64,000 nt of DNA from Escherichia coli (GTDB taxonomy: Bacteria; Pseudomonadota; Gammaproteobacteria; Enterobacterales; Enterobacteriaceae). Under the pieces are notes generated by a model, which searched no databases, was not told the origin of the DNA, and saw nothing but the letters and a program-made list of their open reading frames with translations. The DNA is taken from assembly GCF_024700885.2 (NCBI RefSeq), contig NZ_CP117016.1. One strand, given 5' to 3'. Positions 1 through 8,369 of the stretch are shown one piece after another. The translations under genes were made by a program, and so were the position numbers. How positions within the stretch are numbered: the first letter of the stretch is position 1; the number at the start of each line of letters is the position of its first letter.

Positions 1-63
1 CATCAGAGCAAAAAAGAAGCTCAGCAATCCACACTCTCCGTCGAATCACCGGTACAACGTTAG
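1..63 (+). CDS. yfgG: C-terminal 20 codons of a small protein gene entering from upstream of the window
   Basis: Open from base 1 in frame 1 (HQSKKEAQQSTLSVESPVQR, TAG at 61-63). Matches my recollection of the YfgG C-terminus and the yfgG-yfgH-yfgI order. Confidence 0.5.
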   Translation, partial: HQSKKEAQQSTLSVESPVQR

Positions 64-373
64 CGGTTACCTTCTCCACTTTTACAGAACATAACGGCAC
101 CTCGCTGTCGGATGCTTTTGCTCTTTGGGATTATCAAAGCGGCAGATATTCTTTCATCTTAAATTTTACGTCTTTGTCCTGACTGATGTTTATCCTGTTT
201 GGCTGCGAAATAAATATAAAATTAATACATATGTTTTAATGATGTATTTTTATAAATTATTTTCCACATGAATTTTAATAAATTTAATCTATTCCTTTAT
301 ACGCAATACATTTACTTTCCTCTTTTGATGATCTTAAATGTCTTATTTTTCGTAATGTGTATAACAAGGAATA

Positions 374-892
374 GTGATGAAATTTAAAAAATGTCTTCTG
401 CCTGTGGCAATGTTAGCGTCATTCACTCTGGCAGGATGCCAGTCAAATGCTGATGATCATGCCGCCGATGTTTATCAAACCGATCAACTGAATACCAAAC
501 AAGAAACTAAAACCGTTAATATTATTTCCATTCTTCCCGCAAAAGTTGCCGTAGACAACTCCCAAAATAAACGAAACGCACAAGCCTTCGGCGCGCTTAT
601 TGGTGCAGTCGCTGGCGGTGTTATTGGCCACAACGTCGGGTCTGGCAGCAATTCCGGAACGACGGCAGGTGCAGTTGGCGGCGGAGCTGTTGGCGCGGCA
701 GCGGGTTCTATGGTGAATGATAAAACCTTAGTGGAAGGTGTTTCTCTAACGTATAAGGAAGGCACCAAAGTGTATACCTCCACCCAGGTGGGTAAAGAGT
801 GCCAGTTTACGACAGGTTTAGCCGTTGTTATTACCACGACGTATAACGAAACGCGTATTCAGCCAAATACCAAATGTCCTGAAAAGAGCTAA
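374..892 (+). CDS. yfgH: outer-membrane lipoprotein with glycine-zipper segment
   Basis: 172-aa ORF with signal peptide and lipobox LAGC, plus a Gly/Ala zipper (GALIGAVAGGVIGHNVG). AAGGA at 366-370. The ORF-track start is GTG 374; ATG 377 is an equally good start. Confidence 0.85.
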   Translation: MMKFKKCLLPVAMLASFTLAGCQSNADDHAADVYQTDQLNTKQETKTVNIISILPAKVAVDNSQNKRNAQAFGALIGAVAGGVIGHNVGSGSNSGTTAGAVGGGAVGAAAGSMVNDKTLVEGVSLTYKEGTKVYTSTQVGKECQFTTGLAVVITTTYNETRIQPNTKCPEKS

Positions 893-907
893 TGATCAGG
901 AGGAGTC

Positions 908-1447
908 ATGAAGAAAGTTTTTCTTTGCGCCATCTTAGCCTCCTTAAGCTATCCGGCTATCGCCTCATCATTGCAGGATCAACTCTCTGCTGTCGCAGAA
1001 GCGGAACAGCAAGGTAAAAATGAAGAGCAAAGGCAGCATGACGAATGGGTCGCGGAGCGCAACAGGGAAATCCAGCAAGAGAAGCAACGTCGCGCAAACG
1101 CCCAGGCCGCCGCTAACAAAAGAGCGGCAACGGCAGCGGCAAATAAGAAAGCTCGTCAGGATAAACTGGACGCCGAAGCCTCTGCGGACAAAAAACGCGA
1201 TCAAAGTTATGAAGATGAGCTACGCAGCTTAGAGATTCAGAAACAAAAACTGGCGCTGGCGAAAGAAGAAGCCCGCGTTAAGCGAGAAAACGAATTTATC
1301 GATCAGGAACTGAAGCACAAAGCTGCGCAAACCGATGTGGTGCAATCTGAAGCTGACGCAAACAGGAATATGACTGAGGGCGGTCGAGATCTGATGAAAA
1401 GCGTGGGCAAAGCAGAAGAGAACAAATCGGACAGCTGGTTTAATTAA
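908..1447 (+). CDS. yfgI: periplasmic/secreted charged coiled-coil protein YfgI
   Basis: 179 aa with N-terminal signal peptide (AIASS) and a Lys/Glu/Ala/Gln-rich body. GGAGGAG RBS directly upstream. Synteny with yfgH. Confidence 0.85.
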   Translation: MKKVFLCAILASLSYPAIASSLQDQLSAVAEAEQQGKNEEQRQHDEWVAERNREIQQEKQRRANAQAAANKRAATAAANKKARQDKLDAEASADKKRDQSYEDELRSLEIQKQKLALAKEEARVKRENEFIDQELKHKAAQTDVVQSEADANRNMTEGGRDLMKSVGKAEENKSDSWFN

Positions 1448-1485
1448 TCGATGTAAGTAACTTCAAGCCTATAATTCTTGAAGAT

Positions 1486-1516
1486 AAAAAACCCTCTGTA
1501 GTAACAGAGGGTTTTG
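1486..1516. terminator. bidirectional rho-independent terminator (yfgI on +, originally guaA on -)
   Basis: AAAAA-CCCTCTG-tagtaa-CAGAGGG-TTTT: perfect 7-bp stem flanked by an A-run and a T-run. Confidence 0.7.
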
Positions 1517-1538
1517 TTCATTCATAGTGCAGGGATCA

Positions 1539-1555
1539 AATCACTCCCACTCAAT
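1539..1555. repeat. attL core (aatcaCtcccactcaat)
   Basis: Identical to 40555-40571 except C/T at position 6. Corresponds to the last codons plus stop of guaA read on the minus strand. Confidence 0.7.
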
Positions 1556-1665
1556 TATTTACGACAAGCATAACCAATTGAGTGACAACATTTTTCCAAA
1601 ACTTAATTATTACCGTACCGTTTTATATACCGTCACCGAAAATCAGTACCATGAAAAATGCCATG

Positions 1666-2148
1666 CTATCTGGTCAAAGTGTCGTACTGTTTTTCGCAGA
1701 CTCTTCCGGCTTCGGCTGCCCGGTCAGCATACTCTGCCAGTTGTCTGTTTCTCTCGAGAGATTTGCTGAACACGTCGGCAAGCAAAACTCCGGTGTCTGC
1801 GGCTGACGACCCAGCGCCGACAATGGCGTTATACTGCCTGAGCTGCTCACGGATGGCAACGAGCTGTTGCTGCAACCGGCCAGCGCGAGCGGCAGCATCA
1901 AGAGCATCATTGCGCGCCTGGTCGATCCTCTGCTGAGCTTCACGTTCATTGGTCGCTTTCTCCTGTTCGTAGTGCTGACGAACTATCTCATCTTCAGCTT
2001 TGCGGTCTTCCTTCGCCTGCGCATACCCGGCGTCGTACTGACGACTGCCGTGTGCATTCCAGGCTACAACTCCTGATATGACCAGAACAGCAAGCATCGC
2101 CATGATAACCAACTGTTTCCAGTATGCTTTTGCGAATGCCAAGATCAT
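1666..2148 (-). CDS. Rz-like inner-membrane spanin (i-spanin)
   Basis: 160 aa with an N-terminal TM helix ([18 protein letters not shown]) followed by a long charged coiled coil. Last gene of the lysis cassette; start overlaps the endolysin stop. Confidence 0.75.
   Translation of the reverse strand: MILAFAKAYWKQLVIMAMLAVLVISGVVAWNAHGSRQYDAGYAQAKEDRKAEDEIVRQHYEQEKATNEREAQQRIDQARNDALDAAARAGRLQQQLVAIREQLRQYNAIVGAGSSAADTGVLLADVFSKSLERNRQLAEYADRAAEAGRVCEKQYDTLTR
1674..1910 (-). CDS. Rz1-like outer-membrane lipoprotein spanin (o-spanin) embedded in the Rz frame
   Basis: Alternative frame inside 1666-2148. [14 protein letters not shown] lipobox followed by a Pro/Ser-rich mature part. Start chosen at the Met preceding the signal peptide. 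Confidence 0.55.
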   Translation of the reverse strand: MMLLMLPLALAGCSNSSLPSVSSSGSITPLSALGRQPQTPEFCLPTCSANLSRETDNWQSMLTGQPKPEESAKNSTTL

Positions 2149-2774
2149 ACCGCCAGCACCTTACTGGCAGTGATGTACCGCGCGCGCCGGTCGTCGATGC
2201 CGTTCCGGCCACCATTGATAATCAGAGTTACACGTGCAATATCGCCGGTATACTTCATGCATCCTTTGCTGGCGAAGAACCACGCCGCGCTACGAGCCGC
2301 ATATTCGTCCTGCGCCAGCAGTTCAGGGCTCTCCAGCAGGTCAACCTTCAGACCGTTTCCGCAATCACGATAGTTATTCAAACCGGTAATCTGGATAAGT
2401 CCGCGCCCTCGGTAATTCCAGCCATCACCAGGGGCATTGTTCCCCATGCGTTTGCTGTATACCAGATTTGCGATCGCGCGCTGGCGCTCAAGTGGCAATG
2501 GTGGTTCACCAGCACGGCGCCCCAGTGCATTAGCCTGTCCCTGGGTGAGGCGTCCAGTCCTGACAAAGCTCGCCAGTCCGGTAACGCTGTAGTTGAAATT
2601 CTCCTGCAACCTGGTGAAGCCACCAGACTCATGCCCGACTTGAGCAATAAACATTGCCTGATCTTCGGGCTTGCTGATACCAAACTCTTTCATCGCAGAA
2701 GTGATATGCGAGAACCAGCGTGCGGCCAGCGCCTCGCTGATACTAGCAGCTCGCTGGAATTGTTTAATCTCCAT
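2145..2774 (-). CDS. endolysin, glycoside hydrolase family 19 (chitinase-like) type
   Basis: Motifs QVGHESGGF and [15 protein letters not shown] are typical of GH19 phage lysozymes. Start moved to ATG 2774 (MEIKQFQ) because GAGG lies 7 nt upstream. Confidence 0.85.
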   Translation of the reverse strand: MEIKQFQRAASISEALAARWFSHITSAMKEFGISKPEDQAMFIAQVGHESGGFTRLQENFNYSVTGLASFVRTGRLTQGQANALGRRAGEPPLPLERQRAIANLVYSKRMGNNAPGDGWNYRGRGLIQITGLNNYRDCGNGLKVDLLESPELLAQDEYAARSAAWFFASKGCMKYTGDIARVTLIINGGRNGIDDRRARYITASKVLAV

Positions 2775-3072
2775 GTTTAGACCTCGATACTTTGAAAATT
2801 TGAACGACGTTACCGCGCGTTTTAATAACCGCAGCAAGCATGACAGCGTTGATAATGACCTCAGATAAATCAGCTACCATTGGCGTACGAAACCAGATTG
2901 CATAGGCGACGCGAACAGGAATACTTGCCGCAGCAACAATCAGGAAATAAGCAAGCCACCCACCCCATCTTCGGTGTTGGGAGCCGTTACGCCGGAATGT
3001 AACAACGCGAACTGCAATGCCAGTACAAATAACTGCATTGGTGATAAGCAAAAAAAGCTCATGAGTTACCAT
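2764..3072 (-). CDS. holin (three predicted TM helices)
   Basis: 102 aa, three hydrophobic segments and a charged C-terminus (KVSRSKHGD). Immediately upstream of the endolysin and overlapping it. Confidence 0.6.
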   Translation of the reverse strand: MVTHELFLLITNAVICTGIAVRVVTFRRNGSQHRRWGGWLAYFLIVAAASIPVRVAYAIWFRTPMVADLSEVIINAVMLAAVIKTRGNVVQIFKVSRSKHGD

Positions 3073-3463
3073 CGTCTTTTCTCCCCGGAATTAAGTCGCG
3101 TGGATTATCGGAGCGGTGATAGAGCCATATTCCAATACGCACTGCTACAATCGCTGACACGAATGCGCCAGCAGAGAAGACAACCCCTTTCTCGAAAGAA
3201 TCCTGCGTAATGGTGGGGATTAGACTGGCTATGCCTATAAGAATTGATGCTGTTGGTTTGTAAAAGAGAAGACCACAAAGAAAGCTGAGTATCGACAAGA
3301 GTACACGACGACGAACAGGATACTCTACAGCAGAGGTAACAAAAATTACCGAACCAGAGAGTGAACCCAATGCAACTTCAGGTGGAACACCAGCAAGTAC
3401 CGATACAAGCGAACACGCACTAAGATATTGATTTAAAGAAAAACTTGTAAATTGCAATGACAT
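3059..3463 (-). CDS. multi-pass membrane protein of the lysis cassette (holin/antiholin-like)
   Basis: Four hydrophobic segments; overlaps the holin start. The ORF-track start 3484 is TTG; ATG 3463 is preceded by GGTGA and was preferred. Confidence 0.45.
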   Translation of the reverse strand: MSLQFTSFSLNQYLSACSLVSVLAGVPPEVALGSLSGSVIFVTSAVEYPVRRRVLLSILSFLCGLLFYKPTASILIGIASLIPTITQDSFEKGVVFSAGAFVSAIVAVRIGIWLYHRSDNPRDLIPGRKDDGNS

Positions 3464-3643
3464 AAAAGTCACCATTTTTATCAATCAAACACAAATTCAA
3501 TTCATGAATTCACCGCCTCAATTAAACCATATTTGGTTTGCTCTTGCCTAGTGTCATTATTATTTATATAGTGACATACCAACTTTCAAATTATAATTTA
3601 TATATTTTAGGACCAAACCCAATACATTTTAAAAGGTGTAACA

Positions 3644-4768
3644 ATGGAATCTAATGCACTAAAAAAAGCACGACTATTTATAAATGACATAAAATATTGT
3701 GTTGAAAACTTTAATATCGATTCAACTTTATATACCGCTTTCAAGCCAAGTGATATTGGTGTTAAAGGAGATGAAAGCAATACAATATATGTTGCTGACG
3801 GTAAGCTTCCGGAAAAACTGATAATTGCTTTTGGAGAAAAGGCAAAAGACAGTAAAATATTTATTGGAAAAAATGTAAAATGCAGGGGATCGAGAATTGT
3901 AATAACTCACGGTGAAAGCCTTTGTTACATCGGAAATAACTCACAACTAAATAATGTAACTATGCATATATGGTGCAAATGGGATTTTGTAGTGGTTGGA
4001 GAAGGTGTATCAGTTACCTCAACAAGTAATTGGACTACTGGAATAAACCCTGGCAATCCTTGTAACGGCATTATTATTGGTGATCACTGCCTTATGAGCC
4101 AAGAAATATCTATTAGACCTGCAGATGGACACCAAATTATCGAACTCACCACGCGAAAAGTAGTCAACGCTGCAACATCACCTATTATAATCGAACCATA
4201 TTGCTGGATCGGACAGCGCACAGCAATACTAAAAAATGTAAGAATTGGTGCATGCTCCATCGTTTCACTTGGTGCTGTAGTTACAAAATCATGTAAAAAA
4301 TTCAGCGCGCTAAGTGGCGTACCAGCAAAAGCAAGATGCATTGAAGGAAAAATGTGGCTAAGAAACAATGGGGAAGAAGCCAAGAGAATAATGCTTATGT
4401 ATGAAAAAAGATTTGCAGGCACAGCAGCACAGCAGCACAGCAGCACAGCAGCACAGCAGCACAGCAGCACAGCAGCACAGCAGCACAGCAGCACAGCAGC
4501 ACAGCAGCACAGCAGCACAGCAGCACAGCAGCACAGCAGCACAGCAGCACAGCAGCACAGCAGCACAGCAGCACAGCAGCACAGCAGCACAGCAGCACAG
4601 CAGCACAGCAGCACAGCAGCACAGCAGCACAGCAGCACAGCAGCACAGCAGCACAGCAGCACAGCAGCACAGCAGCACAGCAGCACAGCAGCACAGCAGC
4701 ACAGCAGCACAGCAGCACAGCAGCACAGCAGCACAGCAGCACAGCAGCACAGCAGCACAGTGATATAA
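3644..4768 (+). CDS. hexapeptide-repeat (left-handed beta-helix) acetyltransferase with a C-terminal (AAQQHSST)x14 tail
   Basis: LbH signature runs (IIIGDHCLMSQEISI; IIIEPYCWIGQRTAILKNVRIGACSIVSLGAVV). AGGTG RBS. AT-rich, and 7 of 11 Arg codons are AGA. Opposite strand to all neighbours. Sits where, as I recall, related phages carry serotype-conversion genes. Confidence 0.8.
   Translation: MESNALKKARLFINDIKYCVENFNIDSTLYTAFKPSDIGVKGDESNTIYVADGKLPEKLIIAFGEKAKDSKIFIGKNVKCRGSRIVITHGESLCYIGNNSQLNNVTMHIWCKWDFVVVGEGVSVTSTSNWTTGINPGNPCNGIIIGDHCLMSQEISIRPADGHQIIELTTRKVVNAATSPIIIEPYCWIGQRTAILKNVRIGACSIVSLGAVVTKSCKKFSALSGVPAKARCIEGKMWLRNNGEEAKRIMLMYEKRFAGTAAQQHSSTAAQQHSSTAAQQHSSTAAQQHSSTAAQQHSSTAAQQHSSTAAQQHSSTAAQQHSSTAAQQHSSTAAQQHSSTAAQQHSSTAAQQHSSTAAQQHSSTAAQQHSSTVI
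4421..4760. repeat. perfect tandem repeat, ACAGCAGC x 42.5 (340 bp)
   Basis: Read directly: every 8-nt unit from 4421 to 4756 is identical, plus a partial acag at 4757-4760. Confidence 0.98.
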
Positions 4769-4776
4769 TTATAATA

Positions 4777-4797
4777 ATGGCCGTAATGCGCGGCCAT
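4777..4797. terminator. hairpin between the convergent acetyltransferase and tailspike genes
   Basis: ATGGCCG-taatgcg-CGGCCAT in an AT-rich context. No clean U-run on either side. Confidence 0.4.
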
Positions 4798-4818
4798 TAC
4801 ATATTATTCATTATAGCA

Positions 4819-7800
4819 TTAACTTATTAGATCCGCTATTTTCTTTTCTTGATATGCCATCCTTATTATTTCAAATTCATCCATACGCATCATGTAAATA
4901 GATCTTGTCAATACCAAATTTCCATGTTTATCTTCTTTAATTTCATCTGCACCTTCTATTAATTTAATAATCCCAAATTCATTAACTGGAATTGGACAAG
5001 ACTCAATATCAATAGGATAAAAATCACCAGATTCGTTTTCTCTTACCAAAACACTGGTTTCTTCATACGTAATAAGACCATACTTCTTCCAATCAAGACC
5101 AGCTTTTGTAATTGCATCCTTAACTTGCTGCGCTACAACTCCAAAATGATATCTGGCATGTTCACTTCCTTTTCGTAATATTTCATCCTTCATCTTCCAC
5201 ATTTGAAATTTTACACTACCCACGGCTTCAATAAGTTCAGTCGGTATATCCGAGAATTCATCTTTGTAATTAACATCTGAAACAACAGTGACAGCATTCT
5301 TGCTATATATGTTATTCCAGTATGCTGTCGTTGTACCATTATTAACTGTTCCTATCTGCCCTGTGGGAGCAAAATAAGGATTATCATTAACTGGATTAGC
5401 TATCTCGACAAGAACTTGAGTACCGCCAAAGCTCCCGCCAGGGAACATACGAAACCTGTTTGGTAAGCGATAGTCATTAGAACCATAAGCATTCCAGCCA
5501 GCCCCATTTTCTACAGTACCACGACACCTAAATTCAACAACTTCTTGTATCTGCGGTGTTACATCATATCCACCACGTATAGACCAGTACTTATTATTGT
5601 CAGATTCTCTGCGGGAATCATGAACACGAAAAGCACCATTACTAGCATACTGAATGGCTTTTTTATATTCTGAAGTATTTTCTGAATACCCCCCCAATAT
5701 CCAGTTCTCTCCTAATTTAAAGGAAACATCAAAAGCAGAACTTATAGAAGAAAGTGGTGAGTTATTAACACGAGTTGTCAAGGCGGAATTCAATGGTAGT
5801 TCATTAGCAACCCCACGCGATTGTGAAATAAGAAATATCTGTTTTCCTCGTTTCGAATACACTCCATCGCTGTACTTTTTATCATTCGAGTATTCCCCAC
5901 CACTAACTTTATTTGTTATCGCCCACATTCTAAATCCATCGGGATCATCCGGAGCAATACCAGAAGCAGTAGAAAAAGCGGAATAATTCTTTCCTTTGTA
6001 AGTTATAATAGATGCTCCAGAATCCCAATTATCCATAGTTAGAATAATAAGGTCTCCTTCATACATATCTATACCTTCAGGTTCAAATGAATGGGGGGTC
6101 CCATACTTTGGATTATCCATAAGATTTTTGTATCCATAAAGAGAACGAGCCCCCTCAAATGAAAATTCAGCAAGAATATTACCAGAATAATCAAACTTCT
6201 GAATAATATGCAACATGAACGGATGTGTATATCCCCTTAATATATAGATGTACTTACCATCACTGGCAACATCTTGAATAACATGAGTATCAGTTCCGCG
6301 CTGCGGATGTGGAATCCTGAAATAATACAATGGTCTTGCGTCCAAACTATTGTCAAGGGATTCTACGTGTATCCTGCTGTAAACAAATACATACCAGGCA
6401 TCATCATCTGCTGTGCTATCAGTTGCAACAAGAACAACATACCTTCCATCTGAAGATACACACGGGGTTGCTGAATTATAATTCTGATAAGGATGACCAG
6501 AACCAGAATATCCAAAAAGCTGATAAGTAATCACATCAGATTCAGATGTGCTGCTCCCTTTCCAAATTAATTTTGAATAACCTTTTCCTCCATCATTTCC
6601 TCGATATGTAGGCTGGGTAACCATTTGGGTATAAATAAAAAGGTCATCATCAATAACTATCGTAGATATTCCCTGATGGTTATTTAATATTGGTGCAGTG
6701 TAAGTAGTATTTTGCACTACTGAACCATCATCAGAAAACGAGTATTCAACCAGCCTGCGCTTCTCTAAAGCAGCTGCTGTTCCTGTACCAACCCCTGGAC
6801 CATTCGCCGTAAATCGTACACCAATATTATTTTCAGCAGCCCCTATAGTTGTAAAATCAGTTGAACCTATACTTACTATTTCATATTCAATTCCGGTTAT
6901 GAAGTCACCAGCTGATGTTACTTTAGAGTTGAAGTTTCCACTACCTTCAGCACTGCCAACAACCGTTTGTAAAATAAATAATTTTTTACCATTATAATTC
7001 GCATAAGCACACCCTTGACTTGTAGCCTCACCATTTGGAAAAACTTGGGACTCACCAAAACCCATAAATGCTTCCATTAAATGGCGTTGCACCAATGTAT
7101 TACTGATATTATTACGAAGAGAAAGTAGATGACCAGTTTTGGAAAGAATCATCCCTTCCCCTGTCATTTTGCTTACATCTACTTTCAACGTATCAACAAG
7201 ATATACTCCAGGTGGAACATAAGCATTTTCAGGAGCCAGAATAAAAGAATTCGTATCATCAGTTATACCATCTCCAACAGCAGCATAATCTTTCACACTT
7301 ACTGTATCACGCATCTTATCCTGGAACGTTCTGTATACAGCTCCAGCACCATACTGGATAAACCATCCGAAACCACCGACAACACCAGCAATTGCAGCAT
7401 CCACATACTTACGCATTGAACGATTATTTACAGCGTCCTGCTCAAGTGATGGATCTGCAAGGTTAGAAATTTTGTTTTGCTTTGCATCGTAATATTTTGC
7501 AAGCAGCGAGGGCTTCATCAATGCACGTCTGAACCACCCAAAACATCGCTGGATCAGCATCGTCAGGTAGTCGAATGCATCCTCATGAACTTCGGGGAAA
7601 AATTTTCCCTGATTGCGAAGATCAGTCTCCTGCACCACATCAAGCACACGCTCTATCGTAATTCGCCAGCCAGCAGCAAGCGGCGACGGAAGAACCACTT
7701 CACCGCCACTATAAGTGCCCGCTCCAGTTACCTTATAACCGGTATCAAGCACCAATTCTGTTACGTTCCCGTTCAGATCAGACACCTGAACAACCAGGTC

Positions 7801-7893
7801 GGATTTTTTGAAAATACGGAAGGTATACGGAAATGATGTCGTAACTCCGTTACCGGTGTATTCGTTGTGGTCAACTTCGGTTGAGACCGTCAT
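4819..7893 (-). CDS. tailspike / receptor-binding depolymerase with C-terminal intramolecular-chaperone (peptidase S74-like) domain
   Basis: 1024 aa. The N-terminus MTVSTEVDHNEYTGNGVTTSFPYTFRIFKKSDLVVQV matches the conserved particle-binding domain I recall for epsilon15/phiV10 tailspikes. The C-terminal 153 aa begin SDVNYKDEF, the S74 auto-cleavage pattern. Confidence 0.85.
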   Translation of the reverse strand: MTVSTEVDHNEYTGNGVTTSFPYTFRIFKKSDLVVQVSDLNGNVTELVLDTGYKVTGAGTYSGGEVVLPSPLAAGWRITIERVLDVVQETDLRNQGKFFPEVHEDAFDYLTMLIQRCFGWFRRALMKPSLLAKYYDAKQNKISNLADPSLEQDAVNNRSMRKYVDAAIAGVVGGFGWFIQYGAGAVYRTFQDKMRDTVSVKDYAAVGDGITDDTNSFILAPENAYVPPGVYLVDTLKVDVSKMTGEGMILSKTGHLLSLRNNISNTLVQRHLMEAFMGFGESQVFPNGEATSQGCAYANYNGKKLFILQTVVGSAEGSGNFNSKVTSAGDFITGIEYEIVSIGSTDFTTIGAAENNIGVRFTANGPGVGTGTAAALEKRRLVEYSFSDDGSVVQNTTYTAPILNNHQGISTIVIDDDLFIYTQMVTQPTYRGNDGGKGYSKLIWKGSSTSESDVITYQLFGYSGSGHPYQNYNSATPCVSSDGRYVVLVATDSTADDDAWYVFVYSRIHVESLDNSLDARPLYYFRIPHPQRGTDTHVIQDVASDGKYIYILRGYTHPFMLHIIQKFDYSGNILAEFSFEGARSLYGYKNLMDNPKYGTPHSFEPEGIDMYEGDLIILTMDNWDSGASIITYKGKNYSAFSTASGIAPDDPDGFRMWAITNKVSGGEYSNDKKYSDGVYSKRGKQIFLISQSRGVANELPLNSALTTRVNNSPLSSISSAFDVSFKLGENWILGGYSENTSEYKKAIQYASNGAFRVHDSRRESDNNKYWSIRGGYDVTPQIQEVVEFRCRGTVENGAGWNAYGSNDYRLPNRFRMFPGGSFGGTQVLVEIANPVNDNPYFAPTGQIGTVNNGTTTAYWNNIYSKNAVTVVSDVNYKDEFSDIPTELIEAVGSVKFQMWKMKDEILRKGSEHARYHFGVVAQQVKDAITKAGLDWKKYGLITYEETSVLVRENESGDFYPIDIESCPIPVNEFGIIKLIEGADEIKEDKHGNLVLTRSIYMMRMDEFEIIRMAYQEKKIADLIS

Positions 7894-7997
7894 GTTAAAT
7901 CTCCAGATAGTCGCAGCACCCGTTGCGCCGCATATCTGGTCATTCTATTACCTAAAAAACCACATATGGATAGACAACCCATAAATACGAACAGATA

Positions 7998-8012
7998 TTA
8001 CCTTTCAGGTAA
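7998..8012. promoter_or_regulatory. operator TTACCTTTCAGGTAA
   Basis: Perfect TTACC-N5-GGTAA palindrome. Overlaps a +strand TAGACA(7971)-N17-GATATT(7994) promoter-like pair. Confidence 0.55.
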
Positions 8013-8088
8013 TTCGCAAAACGTGCTGGATAGCAAACAAATTATTTGGTACTGTATAAATATACAGTTATTGCATGGAGAAGATAAG

Positions 8089-8346
8089 ATGCAGCAGTAT
8101 CACTATCCACTGGAAGACGGATTTACCGAAAGGATTCACACGCCGGGAGGCGTCAGGTCACTGGTGGATGGATCGCACTTGATGAAATTACTCCGGGATC
8201 TCGATAAGGATGGATTTAATGTCGATGGCCCACTTGCCGAACTGACTGCACTGATTAACTACGTCACCAGCTCACAGATGTCTATGCAGGATCTGCAAAC
8301 ACATCTCGACTATTGTGCCGAACAATTACGAAAACAAACTACATAA
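8089..8346 (+). CDS. hypothetical protein (opposite-strand moron, 85 aa)
   Basis: ATG 8089 is preceded by GGAGAAG. The ORF-track start 7966 lies inside the regulatory region and was rejected. No recognisable motifs. Confidence 0.5.
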   Translation: MQQYHYPLEDGFTERIHTPGGVRSLVDGSHLMKLLRDLDKDGFNVDGPLAELTALINYVTSSQMSMQDLQTHLDYCAEQLRKQTT

Positions 8347-8351
8347 AGAAA

Positions 8352-8369
8352 AGGCCGCGAAAGCGGCCT
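8352..8369 (-). terminator. rho-independent terminator ending the ejection-protein operon
   Basis: AGGCCGC-gaaa-GCGGCCT, followed on the minus strand by TTTTCTTT. Confidence 0.6.

Noticed and set aside
4421-4760. Possibility that the tandem array is a CRISPR array
   Set aside because: Units are 8 bp and directly abutting, with no spacers. There are no cas genes or leader. It is a simple VNTR inside a coding sequence.
4084-4797. Long minus-strand ORFs (237, 130 and 115 aa) reading LLCCCAAV repeats through the octanucleotide tract
   Set aside because: They exist only because the repeat is stop-free in every frame. They have no RBS, they run antisense to a well-supported acetyltransferase gene, and their non-repeat parts have a non-coding-like composition.
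7966-8088. Upstream extension of the 8089-8346 ORF to ATG 7966
   Set aside because: The extension would start inside the AACCACATATGG box and read through the operator and promoter-like elements. The internal ATG 8089 has a GGAGAAG RBS.
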